Of a DNA stretch of 64,000 nt, positions 48,601-58,812 are shown in pieces. The notes under the pieces were generated by a model. The model made no database searches. It worked only from the letters and a program-made list of their open reading frames with translations, and was not told the origin of the DNA. The DNA comes from Phyllobates terribilis (taxonomy: Eukaryota): the NCBI RefSeq assembly GCF_046119375.1, contig NW_027362763.1, forward strand, positions 288,796,001-288,860,000, read 5' to 3'. The position numbers were made by a program, and so were the translations under genes. Numbering within the stretch: position 1 is the stretch's first letter; each line of letters opens with the position of its first letter.

Positions 48601-51600
48601 TTAGATCTAGGTATCTAAGTGTTTTGTTTTCGTGTAAGGCTTCACAAAGACGCTCAACTCCAGTATCTGTCATCTCATGTTTTGACAGATGGATTTCCTG
48701 CAGAGTATTGTTCACCTTTAACATCAGAGCCATATGAATGGTAGTATCCTCCTAAAAGAGGAAAAATAAGAGTATGCTGTTCACTTTAAGGAGTTTCACA
48801 TCTTTAATTGTTTTTAGAGAGGTCTAAACATATGCTATGTGGAAAAATAAAATAATCAGCCTTACTTACCCCTTGCACTCCAGCACCGCCTCTCTGCTGC
48901 TGCGTCTCGTCTTGGTGGAAAGGGCGACACGTCATGACTCCAGCACGTGAACCCGACAGTAGGCTTAGGCTCAGCAGTCATGCCAAGTCATGCTGTAGCA
49001 TTGACGTCACCGCAGCAGTCGTGTCAACAACGCAGCGGCATAGAGGCAGTGCTGTAGGAGTGGCAGGGGTTGAGTAAGGATGATTTTGTCACATATTAAG
49101 CCTTTGGACAAAAAGAAAGATGGAACGCCCCTTTAAGGGTGTATGAACAAAATGTCTTTTTCAGGTAGATTCTACCTGGGGTAAGCTTAAAAAAACACCA
49201 CAAAAATTAATATAATGCACAGCAATGTAAAAATAACATTGCTGTGCGTATATTCAGTCATTTGATACTTCTTTTAACCACTTCAGGGTTCGGAAATCGT
49301 GAACTGGTTGATCACGCACCCTGATGAAGATGGGCAAAATGTGCGTTGGGCCATTGAGCTAAGTATGTCTGTTGGTTCATTATAGTTAATGGCTTTGTTT
49401 TTGTTTTAGATAGATAGCAAGTCTTACTCCTAGGAACATTGTTTCTTTGTATTTAGTTGATACGTCTATTTGACATGTACATAGCCATTTAGTGTATACA
49501 TATTAGCATGTAACCATTGACATACTCCAAGAGAAAAATATATAGAGATTTTACTATTGCTTGTTAAGGTATAGATTTAATGCACCACTGGGTGTTTACA
49601 TTTTAGGGATTTTCTATGATCTGTTAACTCATGTAAACTATATATTGGACCGGTCATACATGCTTATGTATGTTTTTTACATTTCATGTATTTTAAATAT
49701 GTTTAAATAAAAATTATATTTTACTATGTTTTGGAAAGTATTTTTTCACTCTAATAGTTCTGATGTGACTCTCAGTTCCTCCTTTTTGTTGTATCATATT
49801 TGTATAGAGTGTCTTTCTGGCTAGTATGATGAATCTGCATTAGGCTTCTTCCTAATTTGTTCATATTCAATCATTTGTTACTTATTTTAACCACTTCAGG
49901 GTTCGGAAACTGTGAACCAGTTAAAAAAAGCATAATGCTCATTCTTCATGCAGCTTCCAATAGAAAGACGATAGCGGCAGATCAAAAACGATTACAAAAC
50001 TGCTAGTGATGCTGCTTCGGAAAAAGACCACTGGCTTTTTCCAGAAGTTGCTTTGCCTAGAAAAAGCTTGATGGTTCCAACAGTGTCTTAAAGACTTCGT
50101 GTGCACATACCCTAGAAGAGTTTACTCTGAGAACCTACCTGTAATACATAGAATAATGGCCGGTTTAGAGTTATTGATTTTATCGAATTGTTGTGCTTTA
50201 GGACTGTGGCGAATGCTATTAAGCTTTCTATACCCTGTAAAAATAAATGGGAAAAAGTCAAGAATTTTACAAGAGCCTATTCTGATAAGAGCATGCCAAC
50301 ATGAAAAGTTTAACAGTACATGTTAATACTTTTGTGGATGAGCCTAAACATATTGATAAAAAGCCGACGGTACAAGCGGTTTTATTTTAAAGACATATAG
50401 GCACTGCATGGCAAGCAGTCATATTCTGTTATGAATTCATGAGACAGAATCTCTGTATGCCTCACTATGACATCAAAGGCATACTGAGGTTGAGAATGTC
50501 CGCAAAGATCTGTACTTCACCGATTCAAAGACTTTAAAATCATACACATTTTTCTATAAAAAGAAAAAAGTGCGACATTAGGAAAACCAACTTTAGTGAG
50601 GTTGACCACTACTTTTTTATTGATGGCCTATACTAAGGATATCTGATCAGCTGTCACTGGCGCCGGACGGAGGTTTTTGATCCTGCCGGAACACAAGAGT
50701 ACTGTTGTTTCTATGATGGTCGTGGCTGGGCACTGCAGATCTACCCCCTATTCACATGAATGGGGGTGGATTTTTAGTACCTGTTCATGGCCACTATAGA
50801 AATGACAGAGCTGCTGTGTTCCGGCACGATCAAGAACTTCCGCCCGGCGCCAGTGACAGCTGATTGGCGGGGGTTCCAGGTGTTGCACCCCATGATCAGA
50901 TATTGATGGCTTATAGATAGGACATCAATAAAAAAGTAGTGGCCAACCCCATTAACATAGGTCAGTAACCTCATATTAAAGAATTACAAGATTCAGCAAA
51001 GAAGTATTTTACGTAGACAGTGTAAGAATGTGGAAAAATAACATATTCAGCCTTACATACCCCCCAGCACTCCCTCTCCTCCAATGCCTATGGTCTTGAC
51101 AAGGAGGCAGCAGTCATGTCACAACTACAGCACTTGAGCCTAGCAGCCAATCATTGAGCTCAGCAGTCATGCAGTAGTCATGATGTCACCGCTGCAGCCC
51201 ATATCGGCAAAGACCAGGGCAGTGGCGTAAAGGCCGATTTTGTCACATACCATGCCTTTGGACAAAAAAAACTAAAGAAGGAAAACTTCTGTAAGGGTGT
51301 ATACACAATGTCTTTCTCGAGCAGATTCTAAATGGAGATACTGCAGGGTGAGCATAAACCTTTTTATCTGGTTTCTGAATGAATCCTTCACTAGCCCAAA
51401 GTTTTTCATATGGTAAAGTATCTGCATATTTGTTTTGTGAAAGCGCATACCTTGTTAAACACCATAAAACTCTACAGTAACAATACTTATAACTACACAT
51501 CATTAATGTATTATTCTATAAGTCATGAATAACCTATGAGATGCTTTCTTTCCTGAGCTTAGACATACCAGGTCACAGTCTCCAAGGTCCAATTCTTCAA

Positions 51601-54600
51601 GAGTTGAATTTATTTGCAGCATTGCCGCAAAAAACATTCCTCCTTTGTTGCCAATTTTGTTACCCGTCATTCTTAGGCTTCTAAGAGTGTCATTCCTCTA
51701 AGCAAGAAAATGTAAAATAAAAATAGAAAAATATATAAAAGTCATATCACATTTTTCAATTTGTAAAATGTACTGAAACAAAGAGCGAAGCTTACTTACA
51801 TACAAAGCTTTAGCAATTTGTTCTGCACCATCTGTTTCAATGTCGTTTCCCAGAAGATTTAAATAAAACAATGAGCAATCATCCTGAGAGACAAAGAAGT
51901 ATAAAAGTACAATATGTCAGAGTTTAGTGACAGTCAACGGGCATGCTATCAATCAGCTTCTTGTGACATACCTGGAGGAATTTGGCGATGTACACTGCAC
52001 CGTTATTGGTCAAGTTGTTGAACCTAAGATCAAGGCCTTTAATAAAAAATAAAGATGAAAAGAAAATAAACTTCTTCTATAAAATGTTATTAAAAATATT
52101 TTCAGACGACACATTTGTAATACTGAACTGTAATAAAAGGAAGGCGATTTATGATCTATCTGTCTATCTATCTATTATATTTATTTTTCCATAGTATATT
52201 AGACAGTCATTCATAATAAAATACTAAAGATCACCTACTTGTTATAAAACTATTTTGTTTCAATACACAGATAATAGCCAGAAAATCTTCATCTGTAACA
52301 CGTTTGACATCCAATAGTCGATTATTTCCACATATTTTCAATGTAGACATATACTGCCTAGAGAAATGCATTGGTTAATTAACGGTTTAATCTCATTTTG
52401 TTAAATCCATAAGACTGCAAAGTACTTGTAAAAAACAAGCAATTTTATTGTTTACTGCTCATTGCCTAGGTTATCGGCCACTGCTATAGTCTATCAGTGG
52501 GGGCCAGTCTAATGGAGGCAAGCAAGGCAGCACTTACAAACTTTTTTCTGTAGAGCTTGTATGTGCTGGTCTCAAGCTGGCCAGCCTTACTGCTACTGAG
52601 CTCCTTCAATGCTGCAGAGGCAAAGCTGCCTTTACTTCCAGCATTGTAGGGTGCATAGTTTGGGCCTGCAACACAACAATGAAGTTGGTCCAAACTGTCA
52701 ACCAAGCAAGAATGAATGAACTCAACCCTGACATACAGGACGCTGGGTGCAGGGGAGTGGTGCGCTTTTAAAGAACAATCATTGGACAACCCTTTTAATA
52801 AACCAGTCCATGCATTTTTATAAAAATGAATAATACATAGGAAAAAATAACAAATTTAGGCTATTGGTAGAATAGATAAAACGTTTTGAAATGATAGTGG
52901 ACCCAGGATACACTAAAATGTAATGTGCACATTTTTAAGACTTCAATCAACCTGATTTCTTGATAAAATAATGCTATGAATGATGATATTTTGATATTAA
53001 TTCCTATAAGGATACTTACTCAGGTTGCTCAGTTTGTCTGAACACTTCTTCAATGAAACGGTTGACTTGTTGGTTTAGTTCTGTACATGCCATATTATAC
53101 TGCTGGCTCAGACCGGTGGTCATGGCTGAAGAAGAGATTACTGGTGTTCAGACAGCAATCTATTAGTACAAAAGTTCTGCAGGTCAATAAGAAAGCTGAA
53201 AGTAAGAAGAAACAATATTAATTCATTTTATTAACCATTTTGACTTTGCAAACATCTTTGTAGTTCTAGAAATCGATGAAAAGGGAGTAACCAGCCCCAA
53301 ACTACTACAAATGATGTACAGATAAGGAGAAATAGGGGTACAGAGAACAAGACTTCAATGACTTCAATCAGCAAATAAAAGGGGCTGCCCAGTGTCTCTC
53401 TCTTCCACCTGATCGAGCCAATGGGGGATGATGCTGTACGAGGAGGTCTCGTCTCAAAGGTTGTCCCAGTAGACAAAACCAGCTGGTTGTCGGGTGACTG
53501 TCTCAGCATCTGTCTCATCCACGTGCGGTAGGGTCTCTCTGAACCTGAGATCAGATGAGAAAAGTGCTGAAAAATCTTGTCAGGGGAACCAGCCAGGGGA
53601 TCGCTCAGATATCCCACCATGTTGTCAGGACAACAGCCTGGAGATCACGCAGATCCCACCGCTGCCACCAAATTTGTCACAAACAGCACTCAGTTGCCTC
53701 TAACCTTCAGGACAATTACACAATTGATTGGCGATTGATGGCTGAGGCCACGGCTGCTTTCGCTACTAGGCCGGTTATTGGAGAACTCACAGTGAACGTA
53801 TAGTATATACACCTCTGATTCCAACACATGGAATATACAGTATATAAACTCCAGTATGGTCACTGCCAGCTCCGCAATAACCCAAAAAAACTAGCTGCCA
53901 CCACCAATCGTTTATACTGACTGATTGGACACCTGTTGCAGGTAACATATGGCTTCAGGGGTGCGGTTCATAGAGCAAGAGGAACAAAGCTATTAAATCT
54001 TATGTATTTAATCCGAAAAGATTAGGGCTAGTCAATGGGATGAGGGAAGGTCCCAAAAAATTATGGGGTCCCCAATTTTCAGGATATCTCCCCACCTGGA
54101 GTTCCAGGGAGCAGGGGGTCTGGGTGGCTCCGGGGGTTCAGAAAACCAGTCAGTATCTGGTGTGACCACCATTTGCCTCACGCAGTGCAACACATCTCCT
54201 TCACATAGAGTTGATTAGGTTGTTGATTGTGGCCTGTGAATTGTTGGTCAACTCCTTTTCAATGGCTGTGCGAAGTTGCTGATATTGGCAGGAGCTTGAA
54301 CACTGTGTCATATACGCCGATCCAGAGCATCCCAAATATGCTTCAATGGGTGACATGTCCGGTGAGTATGCTGGCCATGAAAGAACTGGGATATTTTCAG
54401 CTTCCAGGAATTGTGTACAGATCCTTTCACCTTGGGGCCGTGCATTATCACACTGCAACATGAGGTGGTGGTCGTGGATGAATGGCACAACAATGGGCCT
54501 CAGGATCTCATCACAGTATCTCTGTGCATTCAAAATGGCATCAATAAAATGCACCTGTGTTCATTGCCATAACATAGAGCCCATGCCATAACCCCGCCGC

Positions 54601-57600
54601 CACCATGGCCACTCGATTCACAACGTTGACAGCTCTGGTGGACATTCCAGCAGTCGGCATGCCAATTGCACGCTCCTTGCGACATCTGTGGCATTGTGCT
54701 GTGTGATAAAACTGCACATTTTAGAGTGGCCTTTTATTGTGGTAGCCTAAGGGTATGTGCAATAACCATGTGTCTAATCAGCATCTGGATATGCCACACC
54801 TGGGAGGTGGATGAATTATCTCGGCAAAGGAGAAGAGCTCAGTGACACAGATTTAGACAAATTTGTGAACAATATTTGAGGGAAAAAGGTCTTTTGTGGA
54901 CATAGAAAAAGTCTTAGATCTTTGAGTTCAGCTTATGAAAAATGGGAGCAAAAATAAAAGTGTTGCGTTGTATTTTTGTTCAATATATTTTAGAATTTTA
55001 ATATCCAAATTGCACTTGGCAGTTTTTTTTTTATCATCCGTTTTTAAAAACTGAAGGAAGTCGATTGTCTGAACTGTTCTCCATTGACACTTAGCAATGG
55101 ATCAGTTAAACACAGATATAAAACTGATGTATTTATTTTTCAGCTGTTTTTTGACGGATGCCCATTTACTTGAATGGTCGAGTCTGATGGAAAGTAAGAC
55201 AAGCTCTATGGGTCTGTATACGCTGTCTTAAAAACAGAGGTGTGAGTTTAGCCTTCCGGCTTCACAGATCTGCCATTGGCTCTGTGTGTAATAAGTATGC
55301 TGCACTGTATACAATACGTAGGGCTATGCCTTTGTATTGGAACACTTCATAAACTGTACTTTTCGATATTGTAAAAATAATGTGTGACGCAACCAGGCAG
55401 GCATATGCTGCAGTTCTTACAGGTCTGTTCACATCTACAGTTTTACTTCTGTCAGAGGTTAAATGTGTAACGTGTGACATATGTTGGGATTCATGGTTCT
55501 TACACTAAACCTATGGTAAAAACAAGATTCATAGAAGTTTATGGATATCAGTGCAGTCACTGGCAGCACATACAGGCGTATACTGTATACCCCAGTCTGC
55601 ACTGTGACCTGATGATACCACAATCTGTGAAATTGTGTCTGTAGCTAGGGTGGTTTAGGGCTTCTGAACTAACAATATACTGCGCTGCTTTCTTTACCAT
55701 TTTTGGGTTCTCTCACACTGGCGTATAACACGGCCGAGTGCTCTGCGATGTTTTGTCGGATAGCACTCGGCCCAGTGTTATACTATGGGGCAGTGAAGAT
55801 CTCCGATTATTTTCTCATGCCGATTAGGCATGAGAAAATAAATCACAGCATGCTGCGGGTGCATCCGATGATCAGATCACACACACCCATACAAGTCTAT
55901 GGGTGCGTGTGAAACATTGGACTGCACTTGGATGTCATCTGAGTGCAGTCTAATGTATGCCCACCAAGACAATGCAGAAGATGGAGAAAGTTCTCTGTCT
56001 TATCCGCAACTGTTCTGAGATTCTCTCATGCAAAAGACTCAGATCACAGTAAGGTGACACTCAGATCAAACTATGGCAGAATTTGAGCCGAGTTTCGTTA
56101 GCATAATCGGCCCGATTCTCCGGGATTAGAGAATCAACGCCAGTGTGAGTGAGCACTTATTAATAAGAGAACCTGACTACATCGGTCACAGCCGTGCAGT
56201 CTCCTTACAGCTGTGCAGTCTCCAAATGCAGCCATGCGGTCTCTATACAGCCATGCAATCTCCATATAGAGCCATGCAGTCTCCATACGGCCATCCACTC
56301 TCCACATACAGCCAAGCAGTCTCCATATACAGCCATGCAGTCTCTATACAGCTGTATAGTCTCCATATACAGCCATGCAGTCTCCATATGGCCGTCCACT
56401 CTCCACATACAGCCAAGCAGTCTCCATATACAGCCATGCAGTCTCTATACAGCTGTATAGTCTCCATATACAGCCATGCAGTCTCCATATGGCCGTCCAC
56501 TCTCCGCATACAGCCGAGCAGTCTCCATATACAGCAATGCAGTCTCTATACAGCTGTATAGTCTCCATATACAGCCATGCAGTCTCCATATGGCCGTCCA
56601 CTCTCCACATACAGCCAAGCAGTCTCCATATACAGCCATGCAGTCTCTATACAGCTGTATAGTCTCCATATACAGCCATGCAGTCTCCTTATGGCCGTCC
56701 ACTCTCCACATACAGCCAAGCAGAAGACATATACAGCCACGCAGTCTCTATACAGCCATATAAAAAAGGCTACGTGGCACTCCTTTATTGTTTTGGGAGC
56801 CCAGAAAGGATTCCACTCCGTACGTAAAAAACAAAATGAACCTGGCACTCCAAGATATGGTGAAAAGATTTTAGGAATTTATTTACATGATTCTTCAAAA
56901 TTAATTTTTGACGTTTCGGCCTCATACGGCCTTCATCAGAACAGGATGCTGCCCAATGGATGTGGGGGATGCGCTCCCCGACAACACGGTCGTGCTCCTC
57001 TCCCTTTAGCGCCATTACATTTATGCCCTTCTCTCCAGTGACTTTGCAGTTGATTGATCCTCTATCCTCCACACATAGCCATATACAGCCATACTGTTGT
57101 CTAGTCTTCATAAAGCTGAACACTCTGAATATGCAAAAGAGCAGTGTCCATATGCAGCCGTATACAGTAGTATAGTCTCCATAGAGCCGAGCAGTCTCTA
57201 CACACAGCCATATACAGTAGTATAGTCTCCATACAGCCGAGCAGTCTCCACACACAGCCGTATACAGTAGTATAGTCTCCATACAGCCGAGCAGTCTCCA
57301 CACACAACAGTATACAGTAGTATAGTCTCCATACAGCCATGCAGTCTCCACACACAACAGTATACAGTAGTATAGTCTCCATACAGCCGAGCAGTCTCCA
57401 CACACAGCCGTATACAGTAGTATAGTCTCCATACAGCCATGCAGTCTCCACACACAACAGTATACAGTAGTATAGTCTCCATACAGCCGAGCAGTCTCCA
57501 CACACAACAGTATACAGTAGTATAGTCTCCATACAGCCATGCAGTCTCCACACACAACAGTATACAGTAGTATAGTCTCCATACAGCCGAGCAGTCTCCA

Positions 57601-58338
57601 CACACAACAGTATACAGTAGTATAGTCTCCATACAGCCATGCAGTCTCCACACACAGCCGTATACAGTAGTATAGTCTCCATACAGCCGAGCAGTCTCCA
57701 CACACAACAGTATACAGTAGTATAGTCTCCATACAGCCGAGCAGTCTCCACACACAGCCGCATACAGTAGTATAGTCTCCATACAGCCATGCAGTCTCCA
57801 CACACAACAGTATACAGTAGTATAGTCTCCATACAGCCGAGCAGTCTCCACACACAACAGTATACAGTAGTATAGTCTCCATACAGCCATGCAGTCTCCA
57901 CACACAACAGTATACAGTAGTATAGTCTCCATACAGCCGAGCAGTCTCCACACACAACAGTATACAGTAGTATAGTCTCCATACAGCCGAGCAGTCTCCA
58001 CACACAACAGTATACAGTAGTATAGTCTCCATACAGCCGAGCAGTCTCCACACACAACAGTATACAGTAGTATAGTCTCCATACAGCCATGCAGTCTGTA
58101 CACAGCAGTATACAGTAGTATAGTCTCCATACAGCCATGCAGTCTCCACACACAACAGTATACAGTAGTATAGTCTCCATACAGCCGAGCAGTCTCCACA
58201 TACAGTCTGTATACAGCCCGTGTACATGCTGTGATCCCCCTGACATAAGATGAGTAGTACTACACCGCACATGCAGTTACCTGTAACCGTCCTGCCCCGG
58301 CCGGTCTCCTCCGCTGTCTGTTGTCTCCCGGTTGCCAT
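42410..58338 (-). CDS. LRRC34: Leucine-rich repeat-containing protein 34, spliced CDS complement(join(42410-42610,44776-44902,47731-47886,48597-48751,50139-50234,51569-51697,51800-51883,51972-52036,52239-52357,53020-53125,58281-58338)), 431 aa
   Basis: Exons translate to motifs matching recalled human LRRC34 (LRMTGNKIGNKGGMFFAAMLQINSTLEELDLGDCDL; IAFATVL..LNRP; IYIWGN; PYVVDGRVYLAE..GLKKHYYWTPTYG). All introns are GT-AG, phases chain correctly and the total is 1296 nt. Synteny with MYNN and LRRIQ4 agrees. Confidence 0.95.
44776..44902 (-). CDS. LRRC34: LRRC34 exon 10
   Basis: LAIVSNHITGEGLKALAAALKLNKGLEYIYIWGNVLDEDACQ. Confidence 0.95.
45005..45314. mobile_element. Fold-back hAT-type MITE in LRRC34 intron 9
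   Basis: Almost the whole element is an inverted repeat; 8-bp TSD ATTAGCAG on both sides. Confidence 0.88.
45716..46558. mobile_element. Solo LTR in LRRC34 intron 9, with an internal 46-bp repeat in 3 copies
   Basis: TG...CA ends with 5-bp TSD ATGAT on both sides. Confidence 0.85.
47731..47886 (-). CDS. LRRC34: LRRC34 exon 9
   Basis: NKITRDGVKCLAELLKKNTTLEILDLTSNRMEDEGVIYLAEAIQLNVSSLKA. Confidence 0.95.
48597..48751 (-). CDS. LRRC34: LRRC34 exon 8
   Basis: EDTTIHMALMLKVNNTLQEIHLSKHEMTDTGVERLCEALHENKTLRYLDLSC. Confidence 0.95.
50139..50234 (-). CDS. LRRC34: LRRC34 exon 7
   Basis: GIESLIAFATVLKHNNSIKSITLNRPLFYVLQ. Confidence 0.94.
51569..51697 (-). CDS. LRRC34: LRRC34 exon 6
   Basis: RNDTLRSLRMTGNKIGNKGGMFFAAMLQINSTLEELDLGDCDL. 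Confidence 0.96.
51800..51883 (-). CDS. LRRC34: LRRC34 exon 5
   Basis: DDCSLFYLNLLGNDIETDGAEQIAKALY; cag| acceptor and |gtaagt donor. Confidence 0.94.
51972..52036 (-). CDS. LRRC34: LRRC34 exon 4
   Basis: LDLRFNNLTNNGAVYIAKFLQ; aag| acceptor and |gtatgt donor. Confidence 0.93.
52239..52357 (-). CDS. LRRC34: LRRC34 exon 3
   Basis: QYMSTLKICGNNRLLDVKRVTDEDFLAIICVLKQNSFIT; tag| acceptor and |gtaggt donor. Confidence 0.92.
53020..53125 (-). CDS. LRRC34: LRRC34 exon 2
   Basis: ctcttcttcag|CC ATG ACC; MTTGLSQQYNMACTELNQQVNRFIEEVFRQTEQP; donor GA|gtaagt. Confidence 0.85.
54150..54985 (-). mobile_element. Degraded Tc1-like DD34E element in LRRC34 intron 1
   Basis: Minus ORF contains LQCDNARP..FLEAENIPVLSWPAYSPDMSPIE; TIR-like end near 54960-54985. 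Boundaries are approximate. Confidence 0.8.
55705..56156. mobile_element. Harbinger-type MITE
   Basis: Imperfect TIRs CTCACACTGGCG / CGCCAGTGTGAG; TSD imperfect. Confidence 0.55.
56205..56760. repeat. 101-bp higher-order repeat built from five monomers of about 20 bp, LRRC34 intron 1
   Basis: Hand count 20+20+21+19+21=101; ORF-track offsets are 101. Confidence 0.9.
57155..58205. repeat. 50-bp minisatellite, about 21 copies, LRRC34 intron 1
   Basis: CAGTATACAGTAGTATAGTCTCCATACAGCC(GA/AT)GCAGTCTCCACACACAA; period checked at 57308 and 57358. Confidence 0.95.
58281..58338 (-). CDS. LRRC34: LRRC34 probable coding exon 1 (MATGRQQTAEETGRGRTVT)
   Basis: ATG in GCCATGG context within a CpG island; donor ACAG|gtaact; phase 1 matches exon 2. 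The peptide is not conserved, so the in-frame ATG at 53123 (411 aa) is an alternative start. Confidence 0.65.
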
Positions 58339-58344
58339 GGCAGC
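58331..58344. promoter_or_regulatory. RFX X-box motif (GTTGCCATGGCAGC)
   Basis: 13 of 14 bases match the canonical palindrome GTTGCCATGGCAAC. It sits in the LRRC34 5' CpG island. Confidence 0.6.
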
Positions 58345-58405
58345 CGCCGTACACTGCTCAGAAGCTGCGACAGCTCCGCACTCACAAGACTGCGGTGAGG
58401 ACGGC

Positions 58406-58553
58406 GGCACACTACACCGGTGGGCACAGTACTCCGGTAGGCACACTACACCGGTGGGCACAGTACTCCGGTAGGCACACTACACCGGTGGGCACAGTAC
58501 TCCGGTAGGCACACTACACCGGTGGCCACAGTACTCCGGTAGGCACATTACAC
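58406..58553. repeat. 34-bp tandem repeat (4 full copies plus a partial) just upstream of the LRRC34 ATG
   Basis: GGCACACTACACCGGTGGGCACAGTACTCCGGTA. Confidence 0.92.
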
Positions 58554-58812
58554 AGGCCGCCGTTCTTCCCCCGGTATTATTGCTGAGTTGTGAGGCAGCG
58601 CAGGCGCCATTGGGAGGTTCTGTGTTCCTCTGCACATCTCGCCCTGTTCGGGGGTCGCACGTTTAGGGGCACCAGGTGCAGTGGGCTTACCAGTAATGCC
58701 GGCAGTCAGGGTGACACTGGAATGTAATGGCGCTAGTGTGCCCGGTGCTGGACAACAAAACGGCCTAGTGCAACTTTTACAGAAATAGGTGACACAACCA
58801 TATTACAGCTAT

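Noticed and set aside
53231-53803. ORFs of 129, 82 and 69 aa in LRRC34 intron 1
   Set aside because: No recognisable domain and stops in neighbouring frames; possibly an old repeat that I could not assign.
56785-58461. ORFs of 333-558 aa rich in Cys, Tyr and Val
   Set aside because: Translations of the 50-bp minisatellite with no domain signal.
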